In this document: positions 21,601-30,271 of the stretch, piece after piece | Layout: every line of letters begins with the position of its first letter | Numbering within the stretch: position 1 is the first letter of the stretch | Virus record (IMG/VR): IMGVR_UViG_3300028025_000092 | Strand: one strand, 5' to 3' | DNA: 64,000 nt | DNA from: a virus | Program-made: the position numbers and the translations under genes | Notes under the pieces: model-generated | Told to the model about the DNA's origin: nothing | Seen by the model: only the letters and a program-made list of their open reading frames with translations | Databases searched by the model: none

Positions 21601-24600
21601 AGCAACGGCTCCTGCTAAATTTGGACTTCAAAAGATACCACTTTCTTCGTTTACAAGTACTTATCCAGGAGGTGGAATAGGCCCAGCTATATTGACTTTA
21701 AATTCTTTGTATCTTCCCCATGAATTTATAGAAGGAGAAAAAGTGACACTAATAGATAATTCTAATCTATCACCAAATATCTCTGGCGAATATAGAATTA
21801 GTAGGGTTACTTCTACTGGATTTTCTATTCCTGTTATATTACCGGGTGCAGTAACTGCTTCACAGTTTTCTGTTATTAAAAAAGGATCTATAACCATTAA
21901 CTATAAAGGAAAAAAACAAGCTCAGGTAGATTTCAACGGAAGATTGGATACAACCCTTGGTAATTTAATGAGTGCATTAAATAATGCAAAGAAAGACCCA
22001 TCTTTTGGTGTAGACACAATATTGACTTCTTCTTTTTCTGATCCCTTAATTCAGGAATGGCTGGATGTTACTTTTAAAGCACCGATAGGGTCCGGTAATT
22101 TATATAACGGAAAAACCTTAGAGATAATAACAACTGGTGGATTATATTCTTACGATGGATTATCTTCGACTAAATCTACTTCTGTATTAATAGATGGCGG
22201 ATCAAATTCATATTCCGATTATGTTGATTATAATTTCGACGGAGATATTCCAGTAGAAAACATAAGATATTATGGTACTAAAAAATTAGATTGGGATGCT
22301 TTTGATGCTTTAGAGTGGGATAATTTATATTCTCAAACGTGGCAGCTTTATGATTATCATCATGATTGGTTGGGAGGATTTTCTCTTTATAATTTACAAA
22401 GCGGTGATAAGATTAAGGTTGGGGTTGATACTAAAGGTATAGTACTAGGAGAAGCTTCTTCCCCCGATTATAGCGCAGGATATCTAGATTTAAGAGAAGC
22501 GGCAGATCAACTTAACATTTCTACAGAACCTGGCATTTCTAAATTTTATTATGAGGTTAGAGGATTTTCTAAATTGCAGGGTAGCTTTAGACCTAATGGA
22601 TTAATAAGACCAGATAAAGAATTTATAGCAACTGCTTTACAAACAGATTTTTATTACGAATATACCCCAGACCATATAGAGGTTTATGTCAATGGAACTA
22701 AATTAACTCAATTACAGTATTCAGCATTTACTGGAAATAGTATTTACATATCAATTACTCTTTCTGCGGGAGACGTAGTTAAAATAGTAGATCTACCTAT
22801 ATCATGTCTTGCAACTCCTTATGACGGATCTACTGAATCATATGATGTTCAGCCTGGGGTTTCTCCTGGTACAGGTGCTCCTACTTCAATAGTTCAAAGT
22901 AAGGATGGTGATATTGTAATGGGTGGCACGAATAATGTAACTGTATTTAAATCACCTACCGAGATTGATACCTATTACATTTCGTCAGAATATCCAGGAT
23001 CTATTCCTAGAAAAGTACAGACTGACGAGTATAATAACTGGTGGTGTTATGGAGAAAGATGTGATGTACCTCTTGTTATTTATAATAGACAAAGCCCAGA
23101 AAAAACCAGAATTGTTTCTACTTCTCCAGTTTCTGGATTTTCCAGACCGGATCTTAATTTAATTCTCGATATACCAGATACTAAATTTCAAGTTATTGCA
23201 CTTGCTGTAGATAATTTAACCGATAATTTTGTAATGTATATTAAATATTATCAATCTTACACAGCAGGAGGAACTAGCGCTGTCTTTAGATTGGTTGAAT
23301 ATAATGCATCCACTAAAGAATTATCTGGGATATCAACTTTAGGACCCCAGTGGCTAGGAACTACAACGTATGATGCTGGAAATATAATTAGTTGGCAAGG
23401 TAAATCTTATATTTCTCTGCTTGGTTCAAATCTTACGAAAGATCCAGAAACCCGTCCAGATTATTGGGAGTTAATCTACCAAGAAAATATCGGGGTTATA
23501 GACGTTACTGCTATTTCCATCAGGCAAATAAAATATGAATACATTGGAGATAAGTCAAAACTTTGGATGGCTACCAACGATGGTGTTAAGATCTACGATG
23601 GTGTTAAGATAAAAACCCTAAAAACTGGTAACTCTGGTTTGGATTCTAATGATACCTATGCAATTACATTCGACGAGGTTGGTGGTAAATGGATAGGAAC
23701 ATCTAATGGAATATTTTATTTCGACGGCGGAAGGTGGGGAGGATGGACAAATACATCTACTCCTTCTTTGCCGGTAGGAAAAACTAGAAATATAGTAAAT
23801 CTTAAAAATGGTAGAATTTTCTATATGGTTCAAACAGGAACCCAAACCTATAAATTAGTTTACTTTAATGGAATAGAATTTAAAATATATGATAACGATT
23901 TAGGAACAAGTATTCAATTTAGTCCAGGAACCAATTCTGATTATGATTATGAGGATACCTATTTCTTCATGAATACCGTTAAATCAATTTCCGGAAATTA
24001 TACTAGATACGTTGGTGATATTTTCTATCTTGGTGATGAGGTAAGAAGTGGACTACCATACGTTGTGGCTGGATATTGGGATCCTACATATGTTGCAACT
24101 TATAATCCTGCACAAAATGTTTATCTTAGAAAGATAAACTATACAATACCTTATATTCATGCTTCTGCTAAAACCCCAGGTACCCCTGGATGGGATTTTG
24201 TATATCATTTATCATACAGACCAGTACCAGATCCAATTTATTTAAAGAATAAGGGTCTTGGAGCAGTGGAGGTTAACTTCAACTTAATTGTTGGACCTTT
24301 ATACACATCTTCGGTTAATATAGGTAAAGATCCACAGCTTCCTTACGTTGATAAGAAAAGCTGGAAAATACCTTCTTGGGTAAAATATGATTTTGAGAAT
24401 GTTATAAACTCTCATCCATCAATAAATGCCGATGATTTATTCTTGGATGCTCCGCTTAGAGATATTATTTCGGGTAAAACTTCACAGGAAAGTTACTGGA
24501 GAAATTCGAACGTTATAAGAAGTGCTCAAAGAGATAAGGGAAATATCATTGATAGTTTTGAATGGGTTATTAAGATAGGCGATTCTTATGATGATAGAGG

Positions 24601-26320
24601 AATTAAAACATTCATAGACGAGGAAGGATTTGTCTATGTAACAGGATATTTCAAGGGAGTGGTTACATTTGGATCTTCTAATAATATAGCATCAGGAACT
24701 GCAAACACCACAGAGACTTCAAATAATTGTCAATCAATATTTGTTGCCAAGTACAACCAATTTGGAGTAATACAATGGGTTAGAAAATATGGAGATGCCG
24801 GAGTCCCTAACGACTATGACTTTACCCCAACTGGAATTAAGGTTGACTATTTAGGAAATATTATAGTTGTTGGACACAAAAACAAAAATAGGATCGCAGT
24901 AAGTGCGACACCAGATTTGCCTAGTAATATTTACATTAAATGGGATTGGAATGCAGATCTAGTTACATCAACAACTCTATTCACTCCTTCTAGTGGCATC
25001 ATAGACGATATTATAAGTGATCTTGCGATAGATCAGGTAGGTAACGTTTATGTTACCGGTGTTTTCAACGGAACGCTAAGTTCTGGTTTAAATGTGATAA
25101 CATCGACAGGAAGCGATCCTGAAGTTTTTATTTCTAGAATAGAGGGAGACGGAAACGTAAAATGGTTGTATAAAGCAGCAAGCGGAGGAATTGAAACTAG
25201 CCCTCGTATACAAATAGGCTATTCATACGAGGATCTTTATCTTACATTTAATACTAATTATGGATCTACACAAGAGATACTTCTTAAAAGATATTCAAGT
25301 TATGATTTTAATTTAGATTGGAGCAAATCAATTTTAAATCAAAATTATTCTGGGACACCAGCCAAGCCTCATATTAAAATATCAACAAACGGAGAAATTG
25401 CTTTGGGAGCAACTTTTGCTGGAAATTTATCAGTCGAGAATATTAACATTGAATCTGAAGGACTCAGTGACATAGCAATATTTAAATTTAATGGATTCAA
25501 AGCACTCTGGGGTAAGAATGTAGGATCATCGGTTTCCGATTTTTGTCAGGATGTTGAAATAGATTCTGAGGGAAGCATATTTGTTCTTGGGTCTTATGGT
25601 GCATCCTTAATCGCTTCACCTGAATTTTCTTCGCCTAATTATTATCCAGCACCAGATGGTAATTTAGATCTTATTATGCTTAAGTATTCTGGAGTGGGAA
25701 CATTGCTTGATATAGTAGATGCTGGAGGTATAGCTAAAGATGAAGGAATTTCTCTATCTATAGATTTAGAAGATAATATTTACATAACAGGTTATATCTC
25801 AGGAGAATCCCAATTCTCTAACTGGGTAGCTTCTCCTAGCGGAGGTGAAGATGCTTTTATTGCTAAAATATCCAACCTAAGATATCAAAAAGGAAATAAG
25901 ATAGGTAATCCTTTTTCTTGGTTCGGTTCTGCAGCTTGGTCTAATGGAGAAGTTAAATTATTCTCTAAGGAGTTTGAAGTACCACTAGGTACAACCGTTG
26001 TATTTAATCCAATAGATTCTTTTATCCCTGGAAAGAAAAACCACGTATGGAAACTAATAAAGGGTGAGTCTGATGAGGAATTAATAAATATTAAAGATGC
26101 ACAATCTTTTATATGGACATTTAATCAGCCAGGATTTTACGATCTCTATTCTTCAATAGAAGATAGCAACGGTAATAAATCAATATTGGATAAGAAGGGA
26201 TACATTAGGGTTATAGATCACAAAAATCCAGCTCCTGGTGAAATTGTTAACACTGTAACTAGTGACACGTTCAGAAGGAGAGCAATCTACGAAACAATAA
26301 CTAAAGGAGTACTTCTTTAA
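18608..26320 (+). CDS. giant baseplate wedge (gp7-like) protein with appended CBM-like, propeller and PKD domains
   Basis: GSYKGLINAIRFFGY..LRIKEYW (wedge/tail-I motif); Trp-spaced repeats; Reg_prop-like LDSNDTYAITFDEVGGKWIGTSNG; SBBP-like DQVGNVYVTG repeats; C-terminal PKD. Confidence 0.7.
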   Translation: MSYKNLLFFNKSGHQTNLIWNGDFWEARLMLPTVSVDLFEIEHFFIVEKFKNSQGEIVYGYPHITPDLSSTTSASKIFGSFVAGSRKVVTDVEPLASYIGAKLFSTQFPNGNEIVGVDVSAKTITLNDPATYAESLVPLVFNLWKASFETTRNVLDFDTFPSFKCDIVKGRDYIITNIDLTDINESSEHLMILGNGIPKDARITSISGKNIYLNKICEVSISSTTVFVYPVEERNDVSDYIFQYELLEDQTLDAPVLNVLQDSYIKLGYDSSESIIDNTRNTNLIDSSSVSINLALRSNEEGIFGRTLVIEDLSLGYPKIIARIEIHGETIGEDERYRTMLANFGRRLNSEDSFILRDTDPKEPYTDYEIVNAKRKELLLEGHEIFPYLGSYKGLINAIRFFGYQDLRIKEYWLNIKKSDTPESALKQNSDFVEKLRAEPQSQSTLIGSLLDDENSGKYKQIEIYGKKDDGTYGLKSPIENLFPSSSFKKTSLFGLFYDINKIVEDEFDQFGYPLVENAFLFSPDEVLMKLFGLKEKLKKDYLPLNARIIDITGEGVYFGVYKTRGWVDNLKIDELNQGLDVDIKAFPEYGYIEDLRPFGIRPNNTIPYVPFIGTNQSIYKFSNYGNTVQPIPSNPILRPQESKKLADAIINFHDERNYLGIEKFRLGDGDSKNGGYFKLSDGLKYEVPAGFPTVLEVTSFILTWDEINNKWEGLDRNISTYSTQIASFGDILNYTGDTHIDSSLNFTFDLSTLFGTIFNVTLPTGITFLNPTAGKVQVKFTSTVDPACHFIAEVQSYNTSTGACVLKLLSVKNEGILSSWDVELTNISSSNLDVEYYDYSFNPDGFYSWDNLRFAGFYEIEWTVEKKDDNPFYYEFRGRLSDYYKIPVVLPYDGIYSVKCRVWDGFNDICSVYNENYIEVKKRDIELANVARFRETEVYTWENTKKDWNSYSSMWLYPVEGTERINISNQILNFSEYGNQNNEGQNCKVLKQFGDTIATAPAKFGLQKIPLSSFTSTYPGGGIGPAILTLNSLYLPHEFIEGEKVTLIDNSNLSPNISGEYRISRVTSTGFSIPVILPGAVTASQFSVIKKGSITINYKGKKQAQVDFNGRLDTTLGNLMSALNNAKKDPSFGVDTILTSSFSDPLIQEWLDVTFKAPIGSGNLYNGKTLEIITTGGLYSYDGLSSTKSTSVLIDGGSNSYSDYVDYNFDGDIPVENIRYYGTKKLDWDAFDALEWDNLYSQTWQLYDYHHDWLGGFSLYNLQSGDKIKVGVDTKGIVLGEASSPDYSAGYLDLREAADQLNISTEPGISKFYYEVRGFSKLQGSFRPNGLIRPDKEFIATALQTDFYYEYTPDHIEVYVNGTKLTQLQYSAFTGNSIYISITLSAGDVVKIVDLPISCLATPYDGSTESYDVQPGVSPGTGAPTSIVQSKDGDIVMGGTNNVTVFKSPTEIDTYYISSEYPGSIPRKVQTDEYNNWWCYGERCDVPLVIYNRQSPEKTRIVSTSPVSGFSRPDLNLILDIPDTKFQVIALAVDNLTDNFVMYIKYYQSYTAGGTSAVFRLVEYNASTKELSGISTLGPQWLGTTTYDAGNIISWQGKSYISLLGSNLTKDPETRPDYWELIYQENIGVIDVTAISIRQIKYEYIGDKSKLWMATNDGVKIYDGVKIKTLKTGNSGLDSNDTYAITFDEVGGKWIGTSNGIFYFDGGRWGGWTNTSTPSLPVGKTRNIVNLKNGRIFYMVQTGTQTYKLVYFNGIEFKIYDNDLGTSIQFSPGTNSDYDYEDTYFFMNTVKSISGNYTRYVGDIFYLGDEVRSGLPYVVAGYWDPTYVATYNPAQNVYLRKINYTIPYIHASAKTPGTPGWDFVYHLSYRPVPDPIYLKNKGLGAVEVNFNLIVGPLYTSSVNIGKDPQLPYVDKKSWKIPSWVKYDFENVINSHPSINADDLFLDAPLRDIISGKTSQESYWRNSNVIRSAQRDKGNIIDSFEWVIKIGDSYDDRGIKTFIDEEGFVYVTGYFKGVVTFGSSNNIASGTANTTETSNNCQSIFVAKYNQFGVIQWVRKYGDAGVPNDYDFTPTGIKVDYLGNIIVVGHKNKNRIAVSATPDLPSNIYIKWDWNADLVTSTTLFTPSSGIIDDIISDLAIDQVGNVYVTGVFNGTLSSGLNVITSTGSDPEVFISRIEGDGNVKWLYKAASGGIETSPRIQIGYSYEDLYLTFNTNYGSTQEILLKRYSSYDFNLDWSKSILNQNYSGTPAKPHIKISTNGEIALGATFAGNLSVENINIESEGLSDIAIFKFNGFKALWGKNVGSSVSDFCQDVEIDSEGSIFVLGSYGASLIASPEFSSPNYYPAPDGNLDLIMLKYSGVGTLLDIVDAGGIAKDEGISLSIDLEDNIYITGYISGESQFSNWVASPSGGEDAFIAKISNLRYQKGNKIGNPFSWFGSAAWSNGEVKLFSKEFEVPLGTTVVFNPIDSFIPGKKNHVWKLIKGESDEELINIKDAQSFIWTFNQPGFYDLYSSIEDSNGNKSILDKKGYIRVIDHKNPAPGEIVNTVTSDTFRRRAIYETITKGVLL

Positions 26321-27001
26321 TTATCTGTCGTTATACTCAGTATAAATTCCTAGTATTTCTGGTACGATAGGGTGTCTGTGATTTTTCTTAAGGTTGATAA
26401 TTTTTACACCATCTACCCTAGATGCTACCGTATTTAAAAAGTCAAGACCGGAGTCTTTTTTAGCCTTTAAATCGATTTGCGAAACATCCCCACAAATCAT
26501 AATTTTAGAAGCTACCCCAAGCCTTCCTAAAACCATTTCCATTTGATTATTGGTAACGTTTTGGGCTTCGTCCACAATTACGCATGAATTTAAAAATGTT
26601 CTTCCTCTCATGAAAGGAAATGGAAGTATTTCTATTACTCCATCTTCAACCATCTTATCGATCTTTTCCTTCTCATATAACATATAAAGGTTAGAATAGA
26701 TTGGGGCTAACCAAGGATCCATTTTCTCCTTTAGATCCCCAGGTAAAAATCCTATATCTTCTTTTGCTACCGTTGGCCTAGTAATAATTATTTTTTCAGC
26801 CTCCCTATTAAAAAGAAGGTCTAATGCAATTTGACAGGCTAATAGGGTTTTCCCCGATCCTGCCATTCCTCTAATAACTGTTACTGGATTTTCCAGAATT
26901 AAAGATTTTGCTTCTTTTTGTTCCTCGTTTAGTGTAAGCTTAAACTTAATTGGACCCTTAACTTTTCCTTTTACCTGCTGTTCTTTTGCTGTTCTCTCCA
27001 T
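26321..27001 (-). CDS. phoH: PhoH family ATPase
   Basis: GMAGSGKT, IGFLPGDL, FMRGRTF, DEAQN, GDVSQID motifs; start moved to ATG at 27001. Confidence 0.95.
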   Translation of the reverse strand: MERTAKEQQVKGKVKGPIKFKLTLNEEQKEAKSLILENPVTVIRGMAGSGKTLLACQIALDLLFNREAEKIIITRPTVAKEDIGFLPGDLKEKMDPWLAPIYSNLYMLYEKEKIDKMVEDGVIEILPFPFMRGRTFLNSCVIVDEAQNVTNNQMEMVLGRLGVASKIMICGDVSQIDLKAKKDSGLDFLNTVASRVDGVKIINLKKNHRHPIVPEILGIYTEYNDR

Positions 27002-27090
27002 AAAATTGTTGGTTTTTTTAATAGAAACTAATGTATATTTTACTGTATGATCTCTGCATGAAGGATTTATTTCTTCATTCAAGCTTATTT

Positions 27091-27103
27091 GATATATATA
27101 TTC
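27091..27103. promoter_or_regulatory. quasi-palindromic late-type promoter GATATATATATTC
   Basis: Between divergent phoH and the fibre gene; matches the motif on both strands. Confidence 0.6.
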
Positions 27104-27120
27104 AGAATAAAAAACAGCAA

Positions 27121-28068
27121 ATGATTACTATACAGGAGATCCTAGGAACAGACTCGATTGCAGCTTCGAGACTAACGATTAACTCAAATTTTCTTCTAGT
27201 TGAAAATGAGATTAATGACCTAGAAAACACATTTAATATTAATGTTGTAACGGGGGCAATGGATATTTCCCAAGCAACCAGCGGACAACTTAAAGCTAAG
27301 GCATTTTATGCCAACCAAGCAGCTTTTCCTGCCTCTGGAACACCAACAGTAAATATTTACGGAACAGGGGCAAGTGCAGGAAACGCAACTTTTTCTGGCA
27401 TCGTTTCAGCAGCTCAGCTTTCAATTTCCGCAACTGGATCATTTAACCAAGTTAATGCCTCAGGACCAGCGGTTTTCGGATCTACAGTTAGAATTGACGG
27501 TGATACTACTTCTAATGCATCTTTCATAAACGGACCAACTGGATCATTTATCGAAAAAAATGCAACAGGAGCATCGGGATCAACCAATGCATTTCTTACA
27601 CCAGGTAATGGTGGCGGAGGTATTGTAGGAACATACAGTAGTCCTTATGCATTAAGTTTTGATGAAAGCGTAATCTATGCTAATTGCGCATATGTTAGTA
27701 CAGCAGGTGCAGATTCTGCAAATCAAACTGGATTCTTTTTCTATGTTGCAACGGGTACTGCACCTTCAGGAACACCTCCGAGCGTTCCGCAGGGATTTAG
27801 ATTAACAATCATTAATACAAATTCTTCAGAAGGACGTATAATAACTGGGGTAACAGGACCTGCACCTCAATATTATACTGGATTTAACCAAAGTAATGGT
27901 GGTTGGTCTGGAAATTATTTAAGAGTCCCTGATTCTGCACCGTATAGAACTTCAGTAACCCTACAATGGGAGAATAGAATAGGAAAGGGAGCAGGGTCTC
28001 AAAATGGATCTTGGGTGGTTGTATCATCCTCTGGATTCGATGCAATATCTGATTTTGCAACACAATAA
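27121..28068 (+). CDS. putative short tail fibre / baseplate appendage
   Basis: N-terminal ILGTDSIAASRLTINSNF docking-type motif; Gly/Ser/Thr-rich; start at ATG 27121 after a late motif. Confidence 0.6.
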   Translation: MITIQEILGTDSIAASRLTINSNFLLVENEINDLENTFNINVVTGAMDISQATSGQLKAKAFYANQAAFPASGTPTVNIYGTGASAGNATFSGIVSAAQLSISATGSFNQVNASGPAVFGSTVRIDGDTTSNASFINGPTGSFIEKNATGASGSTNAFLTPGNGGGGIVGTYSSPYALSFDESVIYANCAYVSTAGADSANQTGFFFYVATGTAPSGTPPSVPQGFRLTIINTNSSEGRIITGVTGPAPQYYTGFNQSNGGWSGNYLRVPDSAPYRTSVTLQWENRIGKGAGSQNGSWVVVSSSGFDAISDFATQ

Positions 28069-28083
28069 TAAAAATAAGAATTA

Positions 28084-30270
28084 ATGGCGAAGACTCCATA
28101 TATTAGGCCCTTACAGTTACAGGGTGGAACTTTTTACACATTTAGTTCTGCTGCGGAGGATCTTGCTTTAACTTTTAATAACACTGTTAATAAGTTTAGA
28201 TTTTCTAAATACGTTCTTTTAAATATACCAGAATTTAGAAATCCTGTTTATGGCGAGAATACCATACAATTTGATACAATAGATTCGGCTTTTTTAGATG
28301 TTGCTGAGGGATCTTTTGATTTAGTTAGTCCAAATAACTTAAGTCCTAATTTAGAGGTATCTTTTCAAAATTATTGTTTAAATTTAGAAGCAACATTTCT
28401 ATCTGATGATAATTATAATCCTTCTCTAAAAAGAAACGTTTCGGAAAGGGTATTTTGGAAATGGCTTAAAGAATTAGGAGCTGTTAGATTTAGACCGGCT
28501 AACTCTAATGAGGTTATACCAACACTGGACCAAAATGCTACCGGGTTAACCGGTGGGTTTCCATACTCTGATAAGAGATGGACAGAAGAGGATGACTTTT
28601 CTACCGGTAACGGAAGCGTAACCCCTAGATATTCTAGAGTAGTTAAGTATATCGGGGAGTGTGATATAGTTAATTCAGTTCAACATAAGAATAATTCTTA
28701 TTCTGAGGTTTATATACACGTACCAACCAGTGATGGCCACACCCCTTTAGTAATGTTTAAAACCCAGGCTGATGAAAATTATTATCCTGGTCAAATATTA
28801 ACAAACAGGCCAACAGATCCTTTGGATTCTGAATACCTTCAAGGTAGAAGCTCTTCCTCTGGTGCATACGGACCTAATGGATTACCAACATTTGCTATCT
28901 TTGATCAGGATGTAATTGGACAGCCGGGTATCACCGGTACTTCTGCAACGGGTGCTGCTTTTTATAGTCAATGGTATTATCCTAGAAATACAGCTAATTC
29001 ATATTACACTGAATCTAGTTTCTTTAATTCTGATACGGATGATATCACCAAGTATATAATAAATGGTACGGGAACTCAGGTTAATTATAAAAGAAATAAA
29101 CTTGACGGAATTCAATTAGATTTTGATCCTGATAATTATAAACCTATCGTAGATAATCCATCTATTAGTACAATAGAAGAATATAATTCAACTGTAGATT
29201 CTAGCTCATTTGAGTTTAATACAGTTTTACTTTATTACGATGTTTACGATCCTAACAATCCTGCTGACTCTGAAACAAATCTTTATGGAGTTTTATTCTT
29301 AGAGGATATAGAGCCAATATCAAATTCTGCGGGAAAAATACCTACCTTTAAAAAATATAAGCCAGACGCAGTCACAAAGCTTAATGGTAATTCTTACGGA
29401 TTAAAGGTAAATCTTAAATTTGATACTGATGTAGACAACACTGGGGTGGAACTTGCTGTGAATGATTATTCTTCATTCTCCCTTTCAATGTTTATGGATG
29501 CAGCCAACGTGTTGCAAGAAGCTTCAAGAACATTAAATGATCAAACAATAGAAATTATAGGTCTAGCAAATAGAGTTTCTAATGTTGAGGATCTTATAAT
29601 CACTATGGATGATAATACATCCTTAAGTGCTAGAATTAAATCTTTGGAGGATGCTATGGTAGCAAACCAATCGCTATTCAAAAACACCCAAGATATATTA
29701 GGTCTAATCGAAAGAAACTATTCACTTACAAACGATCTTTTAAATGGCAGAACGGATATTAAACTTTCTTACGATTTAGATCTTGTTAAAGGCGGAAAAG
29801 GAATCAACGTTGATAGATCCACACCTAATAAGCTAATACTAAACAATACAGTTCAAAATTATAACATAACAGAAGGAATAAATTATAGTTTCAATATCAA
29901 TCAAACCAGTGGAAATACATTAGTTCTTAATGAGTTTAATAACTATTTTAAACACACAAATTTTGGTTTAACTATTAATCTAGTTAATGATCTGGTCATA
30001 AAAATAGATGACACAAATAGCAAGTGGCACAGAGGGCAAACACTTAGATTAGTTTTTGATGATATGGTGGTTCTTAATGGTAACAATATTTTAATATACA
30101 CGGACATAAAAGGTGCATATCCTCTAAGTGCACCATCTGGGGTTCCATACAGTGTTCTAATTGGAGGATTTACACAAAGCATTTTCGATTCTTCTAACAA
30201 CAAACCAATATTCGATATAGTTTGTGTTGATGAAAAGAATTTAGTTTTTGAAATAGATCAAATAAGATAA
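28084..30270 (+). CDS. virion structural protein, unknown function
   Basis: 728-aa ORF with central coiled coil, within the late operon. Confidence 0.55.
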   Translation: MAKTPYIRPLQLQGGTFYTFSSAAEDLALTFNNTVNKFRFSKYVLLNIPEFRNPVYGENTIQFDTIDSAFLDVAEGSFDLVSPNNLSPNLEVSFQNYCLNLEATFLSDDNYNPSLKRNVSERVFWKWLKELGAVRFRPANSNEVIPTLDQNATGLTGGFPYSDKRWTEEDDFSTGNGSVTPRYSRVVKYIGECDIVNSVQHKNNSYSEVYIHVPTSDGHTPLVMFKTQADENYYPGQILTNRPTDPLDSEYLQGRSSSSGAYGPNGLPTFAIFDQDVIGQPGITGTSATGAAFYSQWYYPRNTANSYYTESSFFNSDTDDITKYIINGTGTQVNYKRNKLDGIQLDFDPDNYKPIVDNPSISTIEEYNSTVDSSSFEFNTVLLYYDVYDPNNPADSETNLYGVLFLEDIEPISNSAGKIPTFKKYKPDAVTKLNGNSYGLKVNLKFDTDVDNTGVELAVNDYSSFSLSMFMDAANVLQEASRTLNDQTIEIIGLANRVSNVEDLIITMDDNTSLSARIKSLEDAMVANQSLFKNTQDILGLIERNYSLTNDLLNGRTDIKLSYDLDLVKGGKGINVDRSTPNKLILNNTVQNYNITEGINYSFNINQTSGNTLVLNEFNNYFKHTNFGLTINLVNDLVIKIDDTNSKWHRGQTLRLVFDDMVVLNGNNILIYTDIKGAYPLSAPSGVPYSVLIGGFTQSIFDSSNNKPIFDIVCVDEKNLVFEIDQIR

Positions 30271-30271
30271 A

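Noticed and set aside
23577-23610. 16-nt direct repeat ACGATGGTGTTAAGAT
   Set aside because: Small in-frame duplication (DGVKI twice) in a propeller blade; no sign of a mobile element.
27031-27120. Longer ORF-track starts for phoH (27082) and the fibre gene (27031)
   Set aside because: They overlap head-to-head across the promoter region; ATGs at 27001 and 27121 have proper A-rich leaders.
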